Of a stretch of 64,000 nucleotides of DNA, positions 38,231 to 51,870 are shown piece by piece (positions within the stretch are counted from its first letter, which is position 1; every line of letters begins with the position of its first letter). The position numbers and the translations under genes were made by a program. This DNA comes from Mytilus edulis (lineage: Eukaryota), in contig NC_092346.1 in assembly GCF_963676685.1 (NCBI RefSeq), positions 53,196,001-53,260,000 on the forward strand, given 5' to 3'. A model generated the notes under the pieces. It was not told the DNA's origin. It saw only the letters and a program-made list of their open reading frames with translations, and did no database searches.

Positions 38231-38727
38231 CCATTTATTTTCAATGTTCTATGCAAACCAATCAGCTTTATCAATCTCATGTTCTGGGTGTTCTAAACAG
38301 TTATCTTATAAAATACTAGGGTGAATACTCCCTGAATAGAAAAATCCAGAGAGAAATCTCTTAACTGATATAATTATATTTTTACCCTACCGCACAATCA
38401 CTAGGTATAATAATTTCCTGATAGTACACACTACCATCCAATACATGCATATTTCTGTTCTCTATTATACACCAAAGGGGAACAGAAACTAAGTAAGATA
38501 TAACCACTTCAGGTGTTGGTTCACTTATATTCTTTTATGATATAATTAAAGAAAAATTATGTGTTTTTTAATTTGATGGGAGTTGGTTAGCTTTCAGATA
38601 AATCATTAAAATTGGAGGAAATACATTTAGTTAATGGTGAGATAACACACTTAACTTCACATGGTATTTATAAACCTGACAAAATAGCTATATGTTGTAG
38701 TCCCAAGGCTGAAGTCTGAAAATGAAA

Positions 38728-39757
38728 ACAAGTGTGCACACGCTGAATTTTCTTGTCTTTTTTACTAACCATTGATATTATGTGGATAGTCCTGAATATA
38801 ATGCTTTATTACAACTAGCACATAAATTTAATGTAATCCAAGAAAGAAAAACCAAACCAAACGAGAAATACATGTACACCTTACAATTATTCAATGAACT
38901 AAATATAGTTGATCTATTGCTTATAGTTTCCAAGAAACAGACTTAACCAAAACTAAACATTGACCAATGAACCATGAAAATGAGGTCAAGGTCAGATGGA
39001 CCATGCCAGGCAGACATGTACACCTTACAATCAATCTGCGTTAAATATGGTTGTCCTATTGCTTATAGTATCTAAGAAACAAACTTAACCTTGACAAATG
39101 AACCACTAAAATGAGGTCAAGGTCATATGATACATGCCTGACAGACATACATCTCACAATCCTCCCATTCAACAAATAGTAAGAAAAAAGACCAGACACA
39201 ATAACTTAACACTGAGCAATAGACGGATAAAAATGGGGTCAAGGTCAATTAAAACTGATGAGACTGACATATACATCATTAAATATTTCCATACACCAAA
39301 TATAGTTGACCTATTGCATATACTGGTAGTATTAGAAAAAATACAAACACTCAAAAACTTTGACCACAGAACCATGAAAATGAGGTCACAGTCATATAAC
39401 ACCTGCCAGCTGGACATATACAGCTAACAATCTTTTCATACACCAAATATACTAGACCTATTGCTTATAATATCTGAGATATGGACTTGCCCATCAAAAC
39501 TTAACATTGTTTACTGATCCATGAAATGAGGTCATGGTCCAGTAAAAAATCTGAACTTCTTTTTTCAAGTAGTCACTGAACCATGAAAATGAGCACAATG
39601 GACATGTGATAGACGGAAACTTTGTAACATAAGGTATCTATATACAAAGTATGAAGCATTCAGGTCTTCTGCCTTCTAAGAGGTTGGCTAAAGCTGCCTG
39701 ATCACTATCCCTATGTTGAGCTTCCTGTAACAAAAGTGGCAGGATGGATCGACAAAA
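38728..39757 (+). mobile_element. Third copy of the AACCATGAAAATGAGGTCAAGG HINE-like family
   Basis: Same 5' (ACAAGTGTGCACACGCTGAA), internal units and 3' end (GATCACTATCCCTATGTTGAGC...TCGACAAAAA) as 22314-24014. Confidence 0.7.
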
Positions 39758-40305
39758 AGATTTCTGTGAGACAATTTCATGTAAATTAAATTACAGTATC
39801 TAACTATATGAATACCTGAACCTTCACTTAGTATAGTTAACAAATGCTATTCTACAAAATATTTATTCCAAAGTATAATGATGTAAACAACATAATAACT
39901 TACATAATATCACAGAAAACACATTGTATCAAGACTTAATAATGTATGATTATAATAAATTGAATGCTTAGAATATTATATAAATTACATAAATGAGTCG
40001 TGCAATACTTATTACTAAGATATTTCTAATTGGACTTGATTACAGTACATAATATGGATACCCTTCATAACTTAGGAAAATATGCACAAATTATCCGACT
40101 TTGATAGGCCAATATACCTTATAATTGAGCTCCTCAAATATGACATGTAAAAAAATTCTGTGTAAATCATTGCATATGCTGATACTGCACATGCAGCATG
40201 ATCCAGTTTTATTTGTGCTTTTTTTTTTACCCATTTTATCCCTAATCCCCCAAAAACTTGTCACCCCCTCTTTAAAATATATTTTATATTTTAGAAACCT
40301 GAACC

Positions 40306-43300
40306 CTATTCATCTGACCATAACTGTTGTAAAGGTTTATGACCAGATTCTTCAATAATGTTTTGGGTAATCACTAGAATTTCTCTGTGTAGGTCTTCTA
40401 TAGACTTGTCAGCTTCAACTTCCTACAATATATAATATAAACTTTTAATTTACAATTTACCTTGGATTTCAGTATTTTTGTTAATACATATATATTTTCT
40501 TATTTTCTTTATATGTAATCAATGGTTTCATTAATACAATGTATGTGTTGTTCATAAACACCCAAAGGTAGATGCACACTTAGTATAATTCTTTATTTAA
40601 TTTGTATTTTTAAATATACACACATGCATAGTTCATAATTCACATGCCTGCAGCAGATTGAAATTGGGAGTATTCAAAACTCTAACTGCATCCAAAACTA
40701 TGTGTGTAAAAGACCTGTCTCATTTAAATGCTATCTTGATGAGCAAAGGTTACACCAATTCAATGTCAGAAACTTTCATATTTAGGAGTAGTTAGCACCT
40801 TTCTCTTTGATTGGTAGATATGTGCTTGTCAAAAGATGTAAAAACTAGATGGGTCAAAGCAACACGAATGGCCCGTCTCCAAAAGTTGAAAAAATGTGCA
40901 ATTTCAATAACACATGTGGACACAAACATGATGGTAGTGTCACATAAAAAAAAACCAGCTCAAAATCTGGAGGGGTATAGAAAAATGTCTGTATAACTGT
41001 CATTTTCAACAATTTTGTAAACCCTTTATTTTAATAAAAATTAGCAGAGCGGAACAAAACTTAAAACTTTATCTATAACTTATCATTGTTAGCTCACATA
41101 CCAGAAGTCAGCCCAATATCTGAAAGCATTTACAAAAAAGGTCCGCATAACTGATTTTCAAAAATTTATCAAAGTCAAAAGCTCGAAATTACAGCAAAAA
41201 TTAGCCGAACCGAACGAAATTTAAACTTGATCTGTAACTCATCAAGAGTAACTCACAAACCAAAAATCATCCCAATATCTGAAAGCATTTAGAAAAAAAG
41301 TCTGTATAACTGTGATTTTCAACAATTTATCAAAGTCCAAAGCCCGTAATTTCGGTAAAAATTAGCCGACCAGAACAAAACTTAAACTTGATTGGTTAAC
41401 TCACATGCCAAAAATCATCCCAATATCTGAAAGCGTTTAGAAAAAAAGTCCATATAACTTTGATTATCAAAAATTATCTAAGTCCAAAGCCCGTAATTTC
41501 GGCAAAAATTAGCCGAGCAGAACAAAACTAAAAAAACTTGATTGGTTAACTCACATACCAAAAATCATCCCAATATCTGAAAGCGTTTAGAAAAGTCCAT
41601 ATAACTGTGATTTTCAACAATTTATCAAAGTCCACGGCCCGTAATTTTGGCAAAAATTAGTGGAGCAGAACAAACTTAAACTTGATCTGTAACTCATCAT
41701 GAAGAACTTACATTCCATAGATCAGCCCAATATATGAAGCGGTTTTGAAAAAACTCTGTATAATGGTTTGTTGTGGAATGACGGAATTACTGACAAGGGT
41801 AAAACTATATGTCCCCGACCACTTAGTGGCGGGGCCATAAAAAAATGATTCAAAATTTGTCCTTGTCCCTCTAGAGATGAATTAAATTCAAGTTTGTTTG
41901 TAGCTGATCTTCAGAGTTGAAATCACTATCATGACATTGTACATGTATAAATAATATAACAGTATGATCACATTTAAAGCCACAGAAACATGTTGGATGA
42001 ACTCACACTATATCTCCTACTTGAATTCCAGTTTTGAAATTTTTTAATCTTTAACATAACTAAATCCCATCGTATGAAAATTTGAATTTCCTTGAGCAAA
42101 CACAGCATTTTATGCACAGAAGTCCCACTAATATTATAATAGATTTCAAAGAAAAAACACAGCAAGGTATACTCCAAACTTATTTTCGAATTTTACATGT
42201 ACAACATCATATGTAAGCCCCACAAAACAGTTTGAATGAATTATTTCCTCCTTGATGTCCTTCATGACAATAAAATCTTGAAAAAAACACATCACATTTT
42301 AAGAAGCAAAATTGCTTTAAAAAATCTAAGAAGTGAATTCAAATAAAAAAAATCCAATATTGTATGCACAATGACACCAAAAGATTTCAAACATGGCAAA
42401 TAATAATCCAAAATGAGAATCTTGAAGGGACATGTGAAGAAATGAACAACATATCCATCTGAAAATTTAAACTGTAAACACCTGAACAGCTATTTCTTGT
42501 TTCACTGGCAGCTGGACAATACTATATATAAGGGCTAGAATTTTAAAGAAGCATTTAGTGTGTAAAAACAGTTTAATTTTCAAACATAGTAATACATATT
42601 TAATTTAATCTTTTACTGATTTAGAATTTTAGGTAAAAAATAGATAAATTATATATATCAGGGATTTAAAACAATGAAAACCAAAACTATTTTCTTCCCA
42701 ATCAATTTTTTAATAGAATAATCCTAGGTAAGAAAAAGTTCAGGAAAAAATCATGCTGAAACTTTGGGTTAGGTGAATAAAAATCTTTACAGGTAGCATC
42801 AAGGTAGATTTAAATCTAACAATACAAATGCAACTGGTCAATTTAAATGTCCCTATTGTGTTGTCAATTTTAAAAACAGGTTGAGCTATAGGTAAAATTT
42901 TACAGTAACACCTATAAGCAACTCACTGTAACTGAAATTCTATTACTAATTTTATGAGATGAAAAGTTATTATCACTGCTTATGTTCTCTGTCAGTAGCA
43001 TTGGTATTTTATAAATGGAGAAAAATCTGGAATCAAAACTTTTAATAGCTGGTTACCATGGTAACCAGCACATGAAAATACATTACCTGCCATGTTGGAT
43101 CTTTCAACTTTTCAAAATTTGTTGAGACTTTTTGTTGAAATTCTGTTTGTTCATATCTCTCTTTTCCAAAAGTTCCTCTAGCTGCTGCCTCTTCTGTACT
43201 TAATGTAAGGTAGATAACTCTGTCTGGTTTCGGTAAACCAACATCTGGCTGTTTACACCAATTCATATCAAACCCCTATTATAAATAACATATTTTATTT

Positions 43301-46300
43301 AACAAATGTCCTATAAAATGCCTCTGAAAAATTATAAAATGTTTACACATAAAACATTTTGAAACTGTAGATTTTTATTTATTCAGAATCACAAAACTTA
43401 TTTTTTATACTTTAAAGAAAACAAATTAACAATATTTAAGTGGAAACTGTTCATCAAAAGCATTAATGACATGAGGAATATGTTGAAGGCTGTACTGACC
43501 TATAATAATAGTTTACTTTTTACCAATTGTGACTTCGAGGGAGAGTTGTCTCATTGGCACTCATACCAATGCCAATGTCAACAGTGTTAATTAAATTATA
43601 ATATATTGCTATTATTTTGTTGAGTGTATTTCCTGTAGTATATATTTTTTTTATTACACATGTTACATACTGTCTATGTACAAATTTATTGCATGTTATT
43701 ATTTATAATAATATTGTTTGTATGATTTATATGCCCTCCTGGGGCCCGTGAATATTCTATTCTATTCTATTCGTACCACATCTTATATCTATCTACATGC
43801 TCACATGTACATCTTATATCTATCTACATGCTCACATACATGTATGTGTCTATATAACAAATTTTGAGATAATCAAAATAGAGCATGTTAAAATTAAATT
43901 TACATTACAAGGTAACAGTACCTCTTTAGCTGCTGTAAATGCCACACCAGAAAAAGCATATCTGTCCACTATCAATGTAGTCCCGGCTTCTAACATGGAT
44001 TTCATTTTAGGCCTGAAATACAAGTGAACTAATAGATTCAACAAATTGTAGCTTTGACCTATATTCAAGGATGTTTAATAATATCTAACGTAGTAAGAGA
44101 TACAATGTTAATTTTCTCATGCAATTTCTGTTTGAAAATAAAACAAGGTTAAATTTTTTTTTTTAATTCAGACACAAAAGGTATCTAAACATCCACAAAA
44201 TATATGGTCTTAAAAGGGTTAAATGTAACAAGCTGATACATGTACATGTTGGCACTATAGTGTATGGCTAATCCTAAAATATTTCAAAGAACATGAACCT
44301 ATGGGTCTGACCACCTTAACTTTCCATGTGCTCAAATGGATGATTATATACCAACCTCATGAACTTGTTTACATTCACACATTATTTATCATAAAATGCT
44401 GTTGGTCAACAATGTACATGTATGTATGTACATTTGTACATGTTGGATGCTATGGAGCAGGACATGTATAATGCAACATTTGATGAACAGAAATATGCTG
44501 CCAGGAGCCAATAGTAATTGACCAAATAAAAATGCCATACAGCCTAGTGTTTGTAAAAATTATATATAAACAAACATATTTATAACATTTTATAACTAAA
44601 AAGAAATCCAAATGTATATATTTCATTTATTTCTAATAAGAAGCATACATTTTTTATTTTTACTTTACCAGCTGCTTCATATTGCTGGTCTTAATTGATT
44701 TTTTGGGTGGATTTACAAAAACAATGTATTTGTACTGTTTTCCTAATGGGTTTTTTCATCGGCATTTGTTTTAAAACAATCATTGTAATGTAATCATTGT
44801 AAATAAGTTTAATGTAATTATTCAGCTTAGCTTTGGGTGCTGTGATTAGCAATTAAACAATTTTCTATTCTATTCTGTACATGTATTATGTTTTTACTTA
44901 ACCTTTGTAATTAGCAAACCTATATTAAAATTGAAAAAAATGTAACATGCAAATGTCAAACTTACACCATTTCCCATCTGTTGGCTGAAAATAGAAGATG
45001 AACTGAATGGTCTTCTATTTCACATTTGTTACTAAGGTAACCATCAATCATTTTACCAATTGTTGTTGTTCTGTCTACAAAGAAAACAATTCAAACATTT
45101 CATCAAGCTGAAGTTTTATAGTTACAGTAGCCTGTTAGTAAGTAAAATAGTTTATTAAAGTGTCACATATTAAATATTTGTACATATAGATATACAATGT
45201 ATCTTCTCTTACCACCATGGAACCATCTTAGTGTTTCTATCACAATTTGTTACATATGAGATTTTCTATACTGCAGTAACATCTTGGATATCAATTATTT
45301 CGATTCTAATAGGACAAATACAGCAATTATTTTGGATGAAAGCACTCTAGGTGGAGGCAAATATTTGCCGTTACCATAAATAAATGCACTATCAAATAGG
45401 AGTAAAAGGATGGAGCAAACTGAATTAGTGACATGCTTAAACTACCGGTATTTACCATAACGTATTTAGATAGTTTTTGGAGGAAATTAAATGATAATTT
45501 ACTATTTGTCTTATATGTAAAAAAAAAAAAAAAAAGGCTTATTTGGGTATACATTTACAATTAATTCTCCATAGGCCGTAATGGTAACGTTTTCCTCCGT
45601 TGCTCAGTCCATATCGTTTACTTGAACATGTATGATGGCTCATATCGAAGCTGATACATTTATACATGTCTGGTTAAATTTTCGGGGTGGCAAGTGAGAT
45701 TACTTTTTTCGCAAATTGATGGACCCCGGAAGATGGTGAAAAATGTCAGTCTCCTCATGAAATAATCCCAAAATTCTGATCATAAAATTCAATGAAAAAA
45801 TTGTCCTTTCTAATAATTTATTTCAGGTCAAATCTACATCTTTCTTTTCTCATCACACCAGCTCTATAAAACAGTTCTTATTGTTCATTTATGTCCATTT
45901 TTAAAATCACAGCATCCACAATTGTATGGCGGACTAATATTTTTTTTAATTACGTCATCTGAGTTCCTCATCTCAAGGTCTATTAGGGATCCTGACCCAT
46001 ATTGAAATTCATACTTCTGATTTTTCCAAATATTTTTATGTGATCTTCATCGGTATAACATTCTGAATAAATCTGTGTATTTTTGTCCATTTCTGAAAAA
46101 AAATAAAGTTGTTTTAGCACTATAAGGCAATGCCACTTTCGTCGCTATATTCATTTATTTTGAATACAATGTGTTTGTATAATTAATTTCTTCCAGAATA
46201 CCTTCACTAGTCAAAACAAGGACAAAACTTCTGATTATAACCTTTAATTACAATACACAGACCCTGTTAAAGCATTCTATAAAATTTTCTTGTGCCTTAC

Positions 46301-49300
46301 AGTGCATTTTGACAGAGAAATTATGCAAAAATGAAGATTTTATAAAAAAACCAACACCAAAATAATTATTCTTACTAGTGGAAATCTGGTATTTAAAACT
46401 GTGGAAAGCACTCTTAACTACTTGGAAAGTCATCTTTATCATATAATTAGAGTGCAATATAGTGCAAATTTTCAAAACTTGTCCTTTCACATAATTCTAT
46501 TTGAGAAAAAATGTTTTTAACATGTATTTCAGTGAAAACCTTTTATTAGTGAGAAATCCACATGAGGTTTTAAAGGAAACATTGTGACATCACATGTATT
46601 ATGGCGTCATTAAATAACGACAGATCAAAATAGAGCTAAATATAGTTTGCAGTGTTACGTGAGAAACAGTTGCCGCAAGATTTAACTCGAAATATTGAGT
46701 CGAAACGATCTGTAACTAAGCCTTTTCATTTAATACCAAGACCATAGCAACAGTTTTCATATTTGCATATTTTTAACATACCGACTGTAATTTCAATTGC
46801 ATAAATACCATAAATAAACAATTTAGAGCTTGCCTAATAAAGCAAAATGCTTACCAGTTATTCAGGACTTTTTAAAACCTCTAGTTTGCCATCTCAGGCT
46901 AAAAAGTAATGATATGTCTGGAACTGAAATAAGACAAAAAAATTACTCAGGCTGTGTTATCATTTGATTTAAATACATAAGTACTATTGAGAGAGAAAAA
47001 TCTAATTCTTGGAAGTTTAATCACAAAGAAAGACAAATGCTTCTCCCTTGTGGCTTAGTCACCTTCATTTAAACCTTTTATTTTAGAAGCAATGGGTAGT
47101 AGCTAACTAGCTTAATAGTTGAATAGGTGCAGAAATATTGTTTTCAAAAAGGTTTGACCCTCCCCCTTTTTCACTGAGAAATGACAATATCTATTGTTTT
47201 GCTCAAGCGCATTAAAAATATTAGTTCATGATTTTCTTAAAACATGTACATGTTTTTTCTGTTTTTTTTGCATATGATATCTACTGACCAGGGGTCAAAT
47301 CATTGGATAAAAGCACATGCGATGATGTATCTCACTTTACTCGTATGAAGTGTGTTATCTCCCTTGATTATCAGGTATTCCTGTAGACCGAAGTGATAAT
47401 TACATAACAAAGACTATATTGTGTCATGTTTACTTACAATTTACTGTAATAATATTTAAAAGTTGTTTCTTGCCTTTTTCAATATAGTAAACAAATTCCT
47501 TTCGGATCTCTCGGAAGTAAACAAAGTGATGATTGTGCCTAAAAAAAGTGTTCAGCCCCGTGCCAGTAATGCATTTTAAAAGCAAAGTTTCATTGAGTTT
47601 TTGCTGATCTTTATCAATAATATTTATCTTAAACCATTTATAATAACTAGGTATAAATAAAAAACTACTAACCATCATTTTCGGTGGTGTACAAGGTGAA
47701 ATCATCCATAAATCAGCCTGAAAACTTCTGGAAGTAAGCTTCTAATTTGGGTATACATTTACAATTAATTCTCCATAGGCCGTAATGGTAACGTTTTCCT
47801 CCGTTGCTCAGTCCATATCGTTTACTTGAACATGTATGATGGCTCATATCGAAGCTGATACATTTATACATGTCTGGTTAAATTTTCGGGGTGGCAAGTG
47901 AGATTACTTTTTTCGCAAATTGATGGACCCCGGAAGATGGTGAAAAATGTCAGTCTCCTCATGAAATAATCCCAAAATTCTGATCATAAAATTCAATGAA
48001 AAAATTGTCCTTTCTAATAATTTATTTCAGGTCAAATCTACATCTTTCTTTTCTCATCACACCAGCTCTATAAAACAGTTCTTATTGTTCATTTATGTCC
48101 ATTTTTAAAATCACAGCATCCACAATTGTATGGCGGACTAATATTTTTTTTAATTACGTCATCTGAGTTCCTCATCTCAAGGTCTATTAGGGATCCTGAC
48201 CCATTTCACATTTATACCTCATTTTAGCAATCGTCTGTTTATGTTTCCTTGTTGTGATGATTTTCGCTCTCACAATCCTGTATTTGCCTGTAAAATGCTT
48301 ATATTCTTAGGTCATCGTTCTATGACATCTGGCACCTCATTCATGAAAAAGCATATGACGTGGGAGTACGATCAGAACAGCCCTGGCAATATATTCATAT
48401 TTTACCACGGGTGTGTACTCATAGTGTTTGAAGGACGTCATGTTAGAATCTATGTTGTACTAGAAAATTATGAAGTTAAGGACGTTTACACAAATAAATT
48501 ACTGTAAATTCAGAAATTATTGCATGTATTCATTATAGTGATTTTATCATTTTAGACTAAAATGTGGATCTAATTTTTTCTTTCGATATTCAGAAAAATC
48601 CTGTTTGATTCGAAATAATTCAAAACTGACTGATCTAAGGGGGGGGGGGGGGGGGCTCCAGTCATGCTTCAATGATTCCCTATATAATCAACCAAATTTT
48701 TCCCACAAAAGGGGGGGGACCGGAGCCCCCCCCCCCCCCCACTGGATCCCCCTATGATAGTTCAAGCGGGCAGATAATTCTCAGGTCAACTTGGACTGAT
48801 TTCCAAATAGTGATAAGGTGCATAGCTCACTGTGCAGTATTGGTTTTGCCCATTGTTGAAGGCCTATCAGAATACAGAATGACTAATTCAGTGTCAATTA
48901 ATGTAAGGAAAAAAATAGTTTTATATTGGTCAGGACATTAGGCAGAACTATGTAAGCAGTACAAGATCCCAAAGTTTATGTCAAATTTTGAGGACCCTCA
49001 TCAAAAATTTGCTCATAGAGGTGTGCAAGTAATCACATAATCAAAAATTTTAAAATAAAGCGGCAAACTGATGTTCGCCTCAAACTACCTGGAAAACGCA
49101 TAGCTTCCGTTTTAATTCCCTTTTCATTCAAAGCTGCAACAAGTTTTTTACATTGAGTTGTTTTGCCACTATGATCACATCCTTCAAATACAATAAGAGC
49201 TCCTCTAACTTCAGCTGTCGACGGCATCATCAATGTTCTTTTTAAATTTTGCGCCAAATTTATCGGAACACTTCTGACTTTTACCATAGACTGAACAAGC

Positions 49301-49317
49301 AAAGCAGATAGTCTCAT
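40306..49317 (-). CDS. DTYMK: Thymidylate kinase (dTMP kinase), 5 coding exons
   Basis: Exons (minus): 49089-49317, 44966-45074, 43922-44012, 43087-43275, 40306-40422; GT-AG with consistent phase. [18 protein letters not shown] (P-loop), [60 protein letters not shown]. Confidence 0.95.
40842..41844 (+). mobile_element. HINE-like element with tandem ~150-bp units in DTYMK intron 4
   Basis: Units CCCAATATCTGAAAGC-TTTAGAAAAAAAGTC...CAAAAATTAGCCGA...AACTTGAT; 3' hairpin CCCCGACCACTTAGTGGCGGGG followed by an A-tract. Confidence 0.7.
45545..48202 (+). mobile_element. Non-autonomous KolobokP-type element with 454-bp long terminal direct repeats, in DTYMK intron 1
   Basis: Repeats at 45545-45998 and 47749-48202 are identical to each other by eye and show about 21 differences from the 24636 repeats. 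TSD ATTT at 45541-45544 and 48203-48206. The 1.75-kb interior has no transposase ORF. Confidence 0.9.
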
Positions 49318-49986
49318 ATTGAAATATTTATAACAAACGTTTCACACTAAAATCTTTCTTTTACAACACTTTCTACTATATGAATTATAATTTTTAATTT
49401 ATCTCGTTTGAATGGTTCCAAAATTGTAAATAACAGAAGTTAAAAAAAAATCGTTTTGGTTGATCATCTATTCGGATTTTTTAATGGAGACGCTATTTCC
49501 ATCACTACAGACCCGTAAATGTGCCACAAATATCGCATAATTTCGAAAATTTACCTTTACATTAAAATTATACGTTTAAAAGAATACATATTATTTTAAA
49601 ATTTTAAAGTGTTATTGGATATAAAAAAATATCGAAGGCTAAATATTTGAAGAAAAAAAAACAAATGATATATGAGTATGAAGTGAAGTATCCGATCTAT
49701 TTTCCATCTTAAAAATGGTCAGGTTTTATGTACACTAGCTTCGTTGATCTTCCATGGTTAGGACCAGCTGTAAAATCAACATATAAAATGCACAAACAAT
49801 TGTTAATTGTTTTGACAATTAATAATATATTTTTAATGTAATTAAGGCTTTATGTATATTCAAATTTCATATTTTAAATAGTGCAGCATTTGATTTCCTT
49901 CTTTTTTTCGCAGGTAAAAAATCAATCAGACCATTCTGGCAGGTTAAAAGTTGAATATGTTATATTCCATGATATTTAGTTTCTTA

Positions 49987-50135
49987 TTAAAGAATTGAAT
50001 GCTTCTTTTTGTAAATTTATTGGGGTGGGAAAAGCGTTGACCGAAGTACATTTTGTATGAAGCGCGGAAGCGATTCATTTCTATAAACGCTTTTACACCC
50101 CAATAAATTTACAAAAAAGAGCATTCAATTCTTAA
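49987..50135. repeat. Long imperfect hairpin (end of a MITE-like repeat)
   Basis: AAGAATTGAATGCTTCTTTTTGTAAATTTATTGGGGTG...AAGCGTT is inverted to AACGCTTTTACACCCCAATAAATTTACAAAAAAGAGCATTCAATTCTT. Confidence 0.65.
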
Positions 50136-51174
50136 ATGCAATTGCTTACGGAATAACATGTGATGTGCAGTTAGCCAATCAGAATAACGTATTATAATGA
50201 AACATACAGCTAATGTAATTATTTACAGTTGTCGTGATTTCCAGAACATCAACAGAAATTAGAGAGTTTTTTGTTGTGAAGAGTTGATAAAGTAAAAACT
50301 GTTTAACATTTGTTTAACTATCAATAAAACCTGATTTAAAATGCTGTGATTGAGCACAGCCTGATACTACAGCAGAGATCGAACCCTGAACAGTTGGGGC
50401 AAAATTGGACACACTATTCAAGTTTGATACTAACTGAATTTGTATTGTGATCAATTTTTTTTTTATATAATATAGATTTCGGACACAAAATAATATGACG
50501 TGGTCAAAGATCTTTCAAATCTGAAGCGCAATATTGTGCAATTGAAGATTTCTTCTTGAAACTTTTCAAAAATTTGAAATTTGAAAAATTTTGAAAAAAA
50601 AGTGAAACCCTTAAAAAAGATTGGACCCCAAATGGCCCCAATGTCATGTTTGTATACCCCTTGTTACGTAGCAGTAACTCAATATCCGTCTTTCCCTTGT
50701 AGTATGGAATCTAGCTCGTTTTTAGTTCCTCTTTGGCCATTAATTCCTAAACTGTTGGCATCGTAACCCCCAAAATGAATCTAAACTTTCTACTAGTGGT
50801 ACAATTTTAGAGTAATTGAAATACTTTTACACAAGTTGATATCCTGAAACTAGAAAAATGCTTGTTTTGGGCCCCTAAGTAATTCCTTAACGGTTGGGAC
50901 CATCATCCCAAAAATCAATCCCAGCCTTCCTTTTGTGGTATTGAACCTTCTTAAAAAAATCATAGATATCCATTCAACTAAACTAAAGTTATTGTCCAGC
51001 AACCAAATGTGTCTCCGAACGACGACACAGACAACGACGACACCATAGCATTATACGAACTAAAAAATTGCGGTCGTATAAAAAACGGTAACAACAACAA
51101 CTACAACAAAAATACTTAAAAAAACAACTCTTAACATTTGTTTTGTTTGCCCTTCCTTTTTACTCTCATATTAG

Positions 51175-51870
51175 TGTTTCAACCCGAAAAAAATGTGTAC
51201 AGTCATCCATCCGTGTCTCAGGACGACGTCAGCAACACCAGACGTCCTATACACGCAATGGACACACATTAGACCCCCCCCCCCCCCCCAGACAGTAGAC
51301 AGAGGGGAATACCTTAGGCTCACTATATCAACAAACACCTCATCTGGACAAACCATATCAATAGGGAAAGACACTTGGCTTTTTACGAAGAAATCTTGGT
51401 AGGTGTACTCCAGCAACAAAAGCCATAGCCTACTCAACGCTAGTAAGAACGACTCTGGAATATGCTTAAATAAGACCGTTAGTTTTCTCGTTTGAATTGT
51501 TTTACATTTTCATTTCGGGGCCTTTTATAGCTAAATATACGGTATGAGATCCTCATCAAATTAGTTTACCACCATACGCGACATAGAGCAGGTAGAAAGA
51601 CGAGCAGCTCGCTTTGTTTCAAGGAGAACTCTCCTTGATGTGTTACTTAACTACTGAGCCAACTTCAATGGGAATCACTGCAACACAGACGATGGAAACA
51701 GAGCCTAGTGCTGTGTTACGAGACCCAACACCAGTTGATTGCCATTGATCCAGCGAAATACTACACATCAGGGGACAGTGGGACCCGGGGCAACCGCAAA
51801 TTTAGAAAACTTGAGTGAAAAGAGATGTCTCCTACCACTAATTCCTCCCAAGAACAACTAGAGAATGAAA
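51175..51870 (+). mobile_element. Decayed non-LTR retrotransposon (LINE) RT C-terminal fragment
   Basis: Frame-broken FNPKKCTVIH...EYLRLTIS...IEQVERRAARFV...LLSQLQWESLQHRR, typical of the post-RT region of LINE ORF2. Interrupted by a short repeat near 51467-51548. Confidence 0.65.

Noticed and set aside
45545-48202. Two independent solo-repeat insertions
   Set aside because: The right repeat is flanked by ATTT on both sides, but the left is ATTT/ATAT. The inner flanks and parts of the interior match the autonomous element, which favours one unit.
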